64,000 nucleotides of DNA. Source: Ascidiella aspersa. Lineage: Eukaryota. The notes beneath the pieces were generated by a model, which saw only the letters and a program-made list of their open reading frames with translations, had not been told where the DNA came from and made no database searches. Location: positions 26,598,001-26,662,000 of the forward strand of contig OZ004608.1 in assembly GCA_963924565.1 (NCBI GenBank). Direction: 5' to 3'. The number at the start of each line of letters is the position of its first letter. The first letter of the stretch is position 1. The position numbers and the translations under genes were made by a program. This document shows positions 29,137 through 40,500 of this stretch, in pieces.

Positions 29137-29566
29137 CTAAAAAAGAATAAAATTGGTAACTGTCGGCATTATACCAGCCTAAAAAATAATATAAATCACT
29201 ATCGTAGTATGGCAAATTAGTCAATACCTCGCATACTTTGGCTTTACTCAAACAACATAAAATAAACTTGAGATTGTTGATTTTCAATAGTTAGTTGATT
29301 TTCAATATTTAAGTTGTATATTCTAACGGTAAAGAAGAATACTTTTATTTAAGTATAATTTTTGACCTCTATATTTTAGTTACATCTTAAAGCTCACAGA
29401 CATACATTTGCTAGTTATGTTCAACATTATAAGGACACTATAAATCGATACATGTACTGCTCTAGAATACACTATTTGCTTAATTTTCACGTATTTTTAT
29501 ACAGTAGCTTTTTTAACGGAGGCACATGTAAAGGCGTTCGGTAGTCTGTCTACCTGCAATAGAAGT

Positions 29567-30435
29567 CAGGGGCGGGACCATGATTTATTCCAGGAATGAC
29601 GTCACAAAGTTAATTACGTCACACCCTCGTAAAACAAATATTCTAAAGAACACTTGTTTCACAAGCGAACTCGTGCAAAAAAGGCAGCTCAAATCCGGTT
29701 TATTTGAGCGAAGCGAAACATATGCGGTTATTTGGTTTAAATAGGTTAACAAAAAGTTGGCTTATATGGTCAAGGTTAATGTGAAACCCCTTGCTTTAAA
29801 ACATATGGTGATTTCATGACAAAAAAATGGGGAAAGTATTTTTAAATGACAACCTTTGGTTTAGTTTATACAACGTAAAATAAAAGACTTCTATAACTGT
29901 TATAAAAATAACATCATATAAACCCTATTGTGGTTGTGCCATTTACTACCGAAACGTATAATTAAAAGAAATAAGTGTTATATTATTTCCAAAGAAGTTG
30001 TTTTCCACAGGAAAAAAAATATATCTAAATAAAGATTTTAAACTTACTTAGGAACGTAACGACCGATTTGTTTTGTATTCGAAAACACAAACTTGGGAAT
30101 TGCATCCTTACGCAGTAATTCTGTATAACAAAAACAATAAAATTAGAAAACAAAACGTAAAAATGGCACATATCCCTCGAATTAAGAGTTTCAGCCATTT
30201 CAATGAATTTACTGTAAAAATTTTCGTTGGTACGCCGTATGAAAAGCAAAGTTTTCTCACTAGGTCATGACCCTATTTTACCATGGAAAATCGCCATCTC
30301 CTTTACTGTTTTAAACAACGATTTCAGTTAAATATTTTTAACGATATGGAATATGAATCACAGAAGGTTGGGCCTACTTGTTTTAGACGTCCCTTTATGA
30401 CGTAATTTTGTGACGTTATGTCTGAAAATTTCATG
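29567..30435. mobile_element. Probable non-autonomous DNA transposon remnant
   Basis: Imperfect inverted repeats of about 40 bp at 29579-29621 and 30398-30435 (CATG...GACGTCACAAA..TTACGTCA); GAGCGAAGCGA motif shared with other MITEs here. No clean TSD. Confidence 0.5.
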
Positions 30436-30749
30436 TTTTTTGACAATTATTTTTTCCATCGTTTTAGTACGAAAAGTGTTCCACTTCCGTCGCTGGTTGT
30501 TATTTACTGACACTAACGAATAAATTTTAAACCAATTGAAATTTCTATCGCTGGGTGCGTCACAAATCCAACATGATAATTATTTTTAAAAGCGCCACAA
30601 TAATCACAATGAGGATCACAGCTAAATTAAGTCAATGCAACACTGCAGTATAGTATTACACGTTTACGATCGCCTTAACGTACAGGTTTATGCATTATAG
30701 TTTATGCATTATAACACACAACGTAGGCGATGGTCGGTTGACATCTTAC

Positions 30750-32283
30750 TTGAGATCGTGAAAGCCCCGACCGCTTCCGCTTTAGCCTTAGACGTTATTC
30801 CTTTTTGAGTGGAGCTGGAATAGACGGCTGGAGCGGCGGTCGACGTGACTTGGATTGATCCTGGTCGACCCACTGTAAACATTCCGAATATTTTAACTAC
30901 GGCTAAACTCCAGTCCAACGATTTTTTGTAAAAAAGTTTTTTTGAATTTGGTGTAAAATTAATTAAATCATTTAAGTTGAGCTGCAGCGTTTAATAGAAA
31001 ACTAAAAAAGTTGAGTAATACTACTTCAAGTAGCAATTAGAATACAAGAATATTTAATCATCTAAAATATTGTTTTTTGAAAGTTTAAATTTCGAAATAC
31101 TAAAATATTACATGGGGCAACTCTTGTAGCAAACAAAATCAGTTATCCCCACATGACAGTAAATACACTGCGGATCAACAGCAAGTGTTCTTATCAAGTT
31201 AAATGCAAATTTTTAAAAATGTGTTTCTGAACAGCTTCACTCACACGGCAGCACGGCGCTGTGAAAGGCGGCAGCGCAAACGAAGGAATCGAGCGAGTAG
31301 ACTTTATTGGATCCCCACAACCGCTTGTACACGTTTCTACAGGAGGCGGGGCAATCGACGGAGAACGGCAAAGGAAAGCTGTTGCCTTTTGTGTAGCAAA
31401 TCGCGTCGCCTGAATTTAGGTGAAAGGCAAAGGTTAAAATGCTATTAGTTTTTTTTTGTTTGTTTGTTTTTTGTTTTAGGGGTAGGGGGTGCTCATAGAC
31501 TGTTTTTTTTTGTAGTTGGTGTCTTTACGATGTCCCCTGTTTTTGTGTTGTTTTGTTTTAGTGTTCACTTAGTTATGTCGTAAAAGTGTTAATAACAAAA
31601 AAAGTTTAACTCAATTTTGTATTTTAGAAATACATAAACCACTAACGTTTTTCAACAAAAAATATTTTACGATATAAATCACCAGAGAAGCTGTGTTTTA
31701 TGTTTTTTTGATTTAAACACACCTGTACAGTTGGTGCAAATCGAAAGTCGGGTTCTTCCTCCTGGAAGAACTTCCATTGGGCACCAACGGGTGCCAGGAA
31801 CGGGAAAGTAGTTTCCGACAGTGGTGCACTCTGTGTACGTCTTGCCATTCACTCGAAACGGAACAACACATCGTTCACCGTCGGCATTACACACAGAGTC
31901 TGCAAGTGTCAACGTAACTCTTCTCGTTACAAGGTTTAAACTTGTATAGCTTTTGTATTCGAATTACAAACGTATAAAGTGCATTTCTGAACAATTAATA
32001 TTAATTGCAATCGAGAAAGCTTCGAAATTAGATATATTTTAAAACCGTTTTAGGGCTTTGTCTGTAGGTTTGCGAAGTTTGTTTATTTAAACAGCTAAAC
32101 TTAAAGAGTCGGCCTAAATATTAAGGAAAATGTTCAGTTCTGGATAGCTGTTCCCACCTCTTGTACCAACAATCATTGGTAAATAAAAAATATCAATAAT
32201 TAAAATAATTTTGACTTACCGAAGGCAAATGCAGCCTGCACTGCCACAAAAAGTACAGAAAAGAACGTTATACAGTGCGACAT
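30750..32283 (-). CDS. Signal peptide + fibronectin type II-like domain + LCCL domain; probably the 5' end of the mosaic protease, alternatively a small separate protein
   Basis: Exons: 32283-32220 (MSHCITFFSVLFVAVQAAFAF, signal peptide); 31899-31723 (CVVPFRVNGKTYTECTTVG...RWCP, FN2 pattern); 31409-31245 (VDCPASC...LWGSNKVYSLDSFVCAAAFHSAVL) and 30872-30750 (GSIQVTSTAAPAVYSSSTQKGITSK...AFTIS), which together match the LCCL consensus. All junctions are phase 1 and GT-AG. Confidence 0.8.
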
Positions 32284-32850
32284 TTCTAACGTTTAGACCC
32301 GCACTTCATATAGGCAGTTAGCTTCTGTTAGCTTTCAAGACGCCTTTGCTAAGCCTCGAACACAAAATGCCCGAGAGGTTTTCGAAAGTTGTTTGTCTCA
32401 TCGATAAATTGTTTGATTGCCCGAGGCTTTCGAGAATAACGGGACTCTCCAATGCCAGAAAACTTCAACGCACACAAACTGGCTGAATAAATTTCCATTT
32501 ATCAGAAAAACATGCCGCCCAACAATTGACACACATGACTTATTTTCAGACATTATACTTTTTTGAAATAAATCTAATCTTGATTTAATAACAGTTAAGC
32601 AAAAAAGTTAAAACAAAATGATAGAATGGTTGTAGAATATAAACGAGTCAAAAGAGTTTAGCTGGAACCAGTTCTAGCAATTGGTGTGCTACCAGACGTC
32701 TATTCATAGGGGTGCTGTACCAAAAAAAGTAACATACAACCTTGTAACCTTGTCTCCCCAAATAAGCTTCGTTTGGTAAAGTTGGAAAAAGTACATTAGC
32801 ATACACAAAGTTGTTTTCCACACGTGTATTGTTGATAGAATTATCAAACA

Positions 32851-33467
32851 ATGAAAGACACACACAAACATATGTGTTTAATAACATCTGTGATCTAGCC
32901 CCTCGGAAGTTGCTTTATGACCAACGATTACGGCTTCCGTATCAATAGTACACCGAAAAGCCATCGCAGACTCGCCGAATCTGTCGATGTATGATGCAAG
33001 CAGAGCAAGCCAGAAAAACAACTGGCCTGCAGTGAGGTTCGAACTCACGACCTCCGGTCAAGCTGGGACCGTCGCTCTACCAACTGAGCTTTGCAGGCTC
33101 AGAGAGGAGCGAGTCGAGAAACAACCATGCGCCAATACTTGCACATTTTGTTAGTACAAGCAACTTCACACTGGGGGATCATCAGTCCGTATCAATTAAT
33201 GAAAGACACACACAAACATATGTGTTTAATAACATCTGTGATCTAGCCCCTCGGAAGTTGCTTTATGACCAACGATTACGGCTTCCGTATCAACAGTACA
33301 CCGAAAAGCCATCGCAGACTCGCCGAATCTGTCGATCTATGATGCAAGCAGAGCAAGCCAGAAAAACAACTGGCCTGCAGTGAGGTTCGAACTCACGACC
33401 TCCGGTCAAGCCGGGAGCGTCGCTCTACCAACTGAGCTATGCAGGCTCAGAGAGGAGCGAGTCGAGA
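32851..33467 (-). mobile_element. tRNA-headed SINE-like element present as a tandem 1.8-mer (348-bp period) with one 12-bp TSD
   Basis: About 270-bp direct repeats at 32851-33121 and 33199-33469 with about 5 differences. Each contains a tRNA-like head (33098-33025; 33446-33373) with A box AGCTCAGTTGG, B box GAGTTCGAACC and a 7-bp GCCTGCA/TGCAGGC stem. Flanked by AATTATCAAACA at 32839-32850 and 33468-33479. Confidence 0.8.
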
Positions 33468-34554
33468 AATTATCAAACAGTTGTGAAAATGTAGCGCTGC
33501 TATTAGCATATATTGCAACTATAAATAACGCCATGAGGTCACACTGTCGGCTTTTTGGCTTAAAAACTCAATTGATGTATTTTCTAAAACATACTCTGGT
33601 ATTTTTACTTTCACTCTGAGTGGTCGACTGTAATGTTACAATAAACGAGATTGAAACAGCACATTAACTGTGCAACAAGGTTAGTAATTTTTTTGTTAAT
33701 TATTGGCACTTTAACCGTACATAAAAAATTGTATAAGCTTATCAATAGAGCAAAAATTGGAATCCTAAAGAATTTGAAATATGTCTCGGCACCCTTGAGG
33801 GTTAAAATGGCAACTTAGAGTGCCGCGGTACCCCGGCTGAGTACCACTAAGTTAAGGTTTGATTTAGGTTCAAGTTTTTTTTAGATTTCAGTTCACCTAC
33901 GGTTTCTATTTAAAAAAATCTTTGAAGCCTATCAGCCGAGGTCATAATTATTTAAAACATAATTATTTAAAAACCGGTTTAAAGCTTCCGTTAAATTTCA
34001 ATTTGATTGCGCTAAATAGAAATATTTTGGTCATTAAAGATATAAAATCTTGACTAGCAACATGTTCACGTTAACTGTCTTGTATATGGAAGACATAATC
34101 CAACCACTTTAAACTCAACAAATTTTAATTCATTTTATCTAATCTAAATTTTAAATGATCTGTAGTATAATAGATTGTACAAATAATCTGATATTTTAAA
34201 TACACTAAATACCTTTTATTAAAGACTATATTTGAATGAACAAAATCACAGTTTCCCAAAGCTATTGTTTCAAAGACTATTGACATATATATTGTGAAAG
34301 TGGTACAATTTTTATATTTGATGATTGGGTATTAACTACAAACGCACAAATCATAACTTTATTAATATATCTATATAACTTAAACTGTCCCAAAAAAACG
34401 GAGTCTCAAAAACATTTTTTTGCTTTTTTGATGTATAGGCGTCCAACGTTGTATGCAATGCAAAAAGTTTGTGTTTCAATGGGATGTAGAAAATACGCGG
34501 AGATAAAACAAGATAAGTATTGCCATACACAATTTAAATTCGCTAAACTAAGGA

Positions 34555-37500
34555 TCATTTACGGAAACTTATATTTCCCGCTCTGATATTCACACCGACA
34601 GCGCTGCTCCTGCAATAAGGTTTGTTCTGAAATACGCCGACGAGAGCCTTTTCGAATCCGGACCTGTCGGGTACTTTTTCGTCCTCAATGGCTTCGTTTT
34701 CTCTTGGAAAATCCTGTATAGTCTCACTGAAGGATCCAGTCGTCATGTAACTACAGTTGCCCACATCGAAAGTCGGCAACTAAGTAAAGAAAGTAAACTT
34801 ATGCACTTATTAAGGATATAACGCTGTGACTATATTTGACACCAATGTTATGCCAAAGTAATTATGAAAGACGGAGGCCCATTCAATTGGCCACAGCTAA
34901 TAGGGTAACGTACCTCATCTTGTGTTGGTAGTTGAAGGACTGGAATGACTCGTGTGGAATTTGCTAAAGGAGCAGACGAAAATGCAAACCGCTTTGCACT
35001 GGTCGCCATACTGGGTAGCGGTAGACGCTTTCGTTCTGTAAATGAATTAATTATTATGTGATAAGTAATGTAATAAAAGTGATCTTTTAGTGGTCTTCGA
35101 ATATAGCCTACTAATAATGATGTCGCATTTAGCAAATAATTTTATATTTTGAGTAAAAGTAAGTTGAAACACTTTTGAAAGTAAGGATCTCCCGCGGACA
35201 ATAAAATGTAAAAGAAAGATTCTTGTCTTCGTATCCAAAGATCTTAAGACTGTTTATTTATTAAAACAGATAAAACATAAAATCATTTCTTAAAATCTTA
35301 CAGAAATATATATATTACGCCTATAAGGCATCATCAGTTTCTTATTTCGAATGAATCATCATTTCGAATTTTTTTTCAATGTATTCTCCTCCTTTAGTAG
35401 GATTATTTTTATAGGTATAGCCTATAAGCGGAAGGCAACGTATGTTACATTCAAACGAAAGATCACATACGATAACAGTTAATACAAACCAAGTAAAATA
35501 TTAAAGCTTACTTTTTTCCTCTTGTTTATCTTCGTCTCTCCATAACGACAACAAATTGCTTGTCGACTTCGAACGCCTTCGCAGTTTGCGCTCTTTGAAG
35601 TTTGCCGCGGCAGAACGCTTGGCGATTTCGAGCGAATCGGTGGTTTTGGGAGCCACTGTTAAGTTTTCAAAATATACGTTGTTCAAAAAACGTTTGTTCA
35701 TTACAAATCAGCTTTGCGAAAACACCGCCGAACAACTTTACCTTGCTTGCCAGCTTTCGCTTTTCCTCTAGTGGGCGCTGTGGCGTACTTGCCCACCACC
35801 GACTTGATAGGCGACGACCTCATTTGACCCCACGAAGTCAGGTAGACGCCTGAATCCGACAGAACAGAACTGTCGGCTTTCTTGCCGCTGGGCTTTGCGT
35901 TTTTCGCCGATCCACCGGACAGCTTCTTTTTGTTTGGATTGCTGCAGCCGTAGCGCATCTCGGTCTCGATGTTCTTCTTTATCTTCTGCTGTCGCTTCTC
36001 CTGCAGAACTTCCTTCAACTCTCCTGTCTTTTTCCAGCTGTTTTCGAAGTAGTCGGCCAGGCTTTGCCCATTCACGAAGAAGTCCGCCTCTAAAATGTGT
36101 AGAAATGTCCAGATTCTAACTTAGTAACGATTTATTTCCCGTAAGTGTTTTAAAGCATAGACTTTAAACCACATGTCATTTGAATGGGCAAAGTCTGGCG
36201 GACTGCTTCATGTCATTTTTTTCTAAAGAAATATTTCGCAGCAAACAAAATTTAAGATCGGTGCGGAAACAAACGAAAATGTTTGTAGTATGTTGTTTTG
36301 GAAAAAACAATTAGATTCATGTAATGATATTTAAGTAAAAACCTAAACAACAGTGGCTCGAATTAGGCATGTCCGATAATATTGGATCGGATCCGATGCC
36401 CGATTCCAAGTGATATTATCGGCACTCGACCGACTAAGGCAGCGTTTCTCAACCGGTGCGCCATGGAAGACTGCCAGGTGCGCCGCGAGCAAAATGAAAA
36501 AATAATGTAGGTCCTATTATGTAAAACATATATTTTTCACTTTTCTATTAAGCTTGACTCATTGATTCCACAAGCCTTTAAAGAAGAAAACGCAATGATA
36601 TAATAACGCACAAATTGCGAATGGTACTATAATAACGCCAAAATCGCGGTGATAACCACGACAGAATAAGATCTAAAATAGTCTAGATAAGACCTAAACA
36701 TGTCAAAATAAGTCAAAAATTAATCGAATAAGACTTATATGGACAAAATAACGACATTTAGTCTTAAAAGCTGGATTCCCTTTAAAGATATGCAACTATA
36801 AAACGTATATAATAAAAAAATTGCAGGCAATTTAAGAGAAATACCGGTACACCTTAAAAATTTCGCGTTTGCTTCGCTCACAAGGTGCGCCAACACGTTT
36901 TCATATGTCTCTAGGTGCGCCCTCAAGTAAAAAAAGGTTGAGAAACACTGGACTAAGGTATAATGGTGATACCAAATTCACATAATAATTTCAGATCCAA
37001 CGCTGAAATTATGTCTTGAAAAGTAAATTAAAAAACAGGTTAGTAACTAGTTACTAGAGGTAATCAAACTTTTTGACGTAAAATGAAATTTAGCCTTATA
37101 ACCTAAAAAAATGTGTTTCAATTTGTCTGTGTTGCCTGATTGACCTTATTTCTGATGCCCTTTGACATCGGATCGGACCGCAAAAAAATTGTTTAAAATA
37201 TCAGGTTTCGGTAATAAAAAAAATATTGGGTATCCCTATAGTTGGAACGATCATACCATGTTGTGGATTAGTCTTCACCCAAAGCGTCGCCGCATCGAAA
37301 ACAGCTTTCTGCAACTTAGGGAGTTGCTGGCGAATCTTTTTGCGCTCCTTTTCTTCGGCCAGCAAAGTGCCACCTTTATAAACGCAGGCTATTATGTGCG
37401 AATTGCTACGAAAATATATTGCTGTGATCTTATAAGCGAAATGCCATAAAATTGCTCCGTTTTGCAACTTGTATCATCACGTATTTTGATAGACACTGTG

Positions 37501-40500
37501 TTTTTACGTCATGAAGTTTCCCAATGTTGGATGTGTCATCAATGTCATGACGTTGCATTCAAATATTTTTTTACAGATTAGACTGGGAGTCGGCAACCTT
37601 TTCCTATTCGTAGGCCTACCAAAAAGTTCTCTCGGCGGTCCGTAATACATTTCCACTAATAATTTCGTTATAAAAACGTTTGCCGTTTAGGTATTCTAAT
37701 ATAAAAACTCTGAATTACAAAAGGATATAAGCTTTTCAACCAACTCAAAATAATAGTAATAGTTTAGAAGTCATGGAAAGCGCAAAGAGAGACAAAATTG
37801 TTTGTTTTGACTCATTGATTACATGAAAACGATACTGTTTATACTCACGCTGTTATATGTTTGTCATAAAATACGGGATACATCCGGGGAAAAATTATAA
37901 AGATTAAGTTGGACAAAGTTTCATTCTAAGAGAGTTTCATGTTTCTGGTAATTTCTAGCGAAAGTAACTTTTAAATTTACATTTGGCGGACCGGATCAAG
38001 TCGGCGGGCCAGGCTGCCGATGCCTTTATTAGACTCTTAATACAGGTTAAAATTTCCTTAAAAACGCTGGCTGTTAAAGTTTAAAATGGAACTCACAAGA
38101 AATATCCCATTTACTTTAACTAAAGGTCATACCTCTGTTTTTCAAGCGATTCGGGTCTTGGTGTTTTATGTCGAGTTCTAAAATACGGTCGTGAGACTTC
38201 TTCCAAATCTCTAGTTTGTTTAATACAGGCTTCCGCTGGTCAAGCTCATCGTTGACATGGTCTATGTCCTTCTCCAATTTATCCAGAACTGCTTCAAGCT
38301 CTATTTCATTCTCCTACATTTTATAAGAAGTAGTTTTTTGACACGGTTATCTGTTAACAGGTTATCGATAATTAAAAGGACATGTCTTAGAGTGAATTTT
38401 CAAAAGCGTAGAAACGATATTGCAATACCTAGAATCATAATGTGTCATGACTATTCAGATTGCAGAGCAACACCATATTATAAATTAGAAAACTGGCTCG
38501 CAAAGCTGGACTTAAATGAAGTTGTATATCTGGCTTTAAACAAAACGTCGTCTATAGCAATCCCTAAAGATGTTGTCCATTTTACTCAACTATTTGGCGT
38601 GTTATTCATCCGCAAATATTTATTAAATCTTAACAAAGCTACACGCAAAGCAACCTAAGTTTAGCGTTCTGCGCAAATTACCAGTTCAACATACCTTGTG
38701 TTTGATTGCAGCAATAAATTCATCCTCAATGGTTGGATTTAGATCGACCAGCATCGCCTCAGTTCGAAGGTTTTGTAACTTTCTGTTCGCATTGTTAATC
38801 AGCGTTTCCATGTTGCTTTGACGCAGGCCTATCAGGCGAGTCTTCTCCGCTGAAAGAGCTTCACTCACCTGGCTTGTAACCTGTGAGTGTGTTTTACTAT
38901 TGACAGAACACGCAGCAGACAGAAATGCCAACGCTTTAGGCCTAACCGATAATTATTGACTCTAATATGTTGTAGTTAAAACAAATTATGCGAAATTTTA
39001 TAAACCGAGAAAAATCAGGAACCAGAAAAAAATAGAGCAACAAATCTATAAACCGGATCAAATTTTAATATAATGATGTTCTTCCGGAGCGATATATCCT
39101 GAGACGATGTTTTCAAAACAATTCAAACATAATCTTCGAGTTCGTAGATTTTTAAATGCTAAATCCAAACATTTGAATAAAGACATCTAAAAAAACTTTG
39201 CTTTAAAAGTACTAAAATACCCCACCTCCTCCGTGGGCGAGAAATATTTTCGCTTAAACTTATCCGCGTAGTCAAGGGTGACACCCAGTTTCAGCCAGAG
39301 CCGGGAAATTTCGCTCCTCAATCGTTTAGCCACTGAGGCCCGGTGTAGGGACTCGACCGAATCTGAGAAGTTCTGCAGAGACTCGATGTTGGCATTTGAA
39401 ACGACCGACGATGGACTGTTCAATAGTGACGTCACCGCCAGGTTTACCACCGGTAAATCGTATTCCTCCAGTTTCGCCAATACCTCGTTTCGAACCTTGG
39501 TGAAGGTGGTCGTTCTGAAATTAAAATGTTGCGCATGCACTTGGTGTCACTATCTTCACTTAACATTGTATTGGGACTGTTTCAAGATATCTATTAAGGA
39601 TGTTAATATATTAACAACAGTGTTGTAATGACATAAGTCAATAACTTGAATTAAGTGCACTTAAGTCACTGTTTATAAATGACTTGGCGAAGCCAATTAT
39701 TTTTCAAATGACTTGATTGGGACTTCATTCATTTCAAAATGACTTGTTTTCCCACACTGATTAACAAAGGTCCGTACACGGTTTAAAAGAAAAGTGAATC
39801 CACATGTGGTAAGATTTGTGCTATAGGTCAATGAAAAAATCGTTAGCTCTGTTGAAGGACATATCTGGTGCTGACATTCGCTCGATCCGGTAAAAATTTA
39901 GGCCAGACCAACGACAGCTGTGCCAGCTGTTACCTTCTGTCATATTCCTTGGTCAAATCCTCGACTCGTCGCTTCCAGACTTGGATCTTGGCCAGCGACA
40001 AATCTTGGTCAGCGCTGTCACAATCGACTCCATCATCCAAAAGCGAGGGCTCGCCCAACCTTTTGCAGAGTAAGACCTCTTCCGACGCCAATTTATTTAA
40101 CGTGCGTCGACGCTCGGTAATCAGCTCTTTTAATTTGACAACTTCCTTTCTGGCCTTACGCTCCTGAAGAATATATAATACAAAATAAAATTAGGGGTTC
40201 TCTAATTACATTTAGGTCGCGTTTCATTTTTTTCCTAGAGTTTAAAATACTTCGGAAAAGCTAATCTTTTTAAACCTTGTTTTGGTTTAAGAAGCCGGAC
40301 CGTCTGGACTTTGAATGATTTGAGTTTGGCAACGAGCATTATCCCCTTAAGCTTAATAGACCTTTATAATTTTGTATAGGCCTATGTGTTTTTGGCAGTA
40401 TAAGCGTTTTACGTTGTTGCTTTGACGAGGTGAATGCTCATTAATGTATCTGCTTCGAGTTAATAATAGTTTTGCTTGATAATCTTAAAAAACATAAACT

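Noticed and set aside
33122-33198. Complete hammerhead or HDV-like ribozyme in the spacer of the tandem element; or an LTR/TRIM element
   Set aside because: CUGAUGA is present, but there is no GAAA on that strand and no stem I partner. HDV-like short matches did not give a consistent fold. No PBS, PPT or TG..CA ends, and a 12-bp TSD is too long for an LTR element.
33025-33446. Two functional tRNA genes
   Set aside because: The acceptor, D and T arms are good, but the anticodon arm is non-canonical (extra bases, C33, U37, disrupted stem in one copy), and the sequence is part of a dispersed repeat with a TSD.
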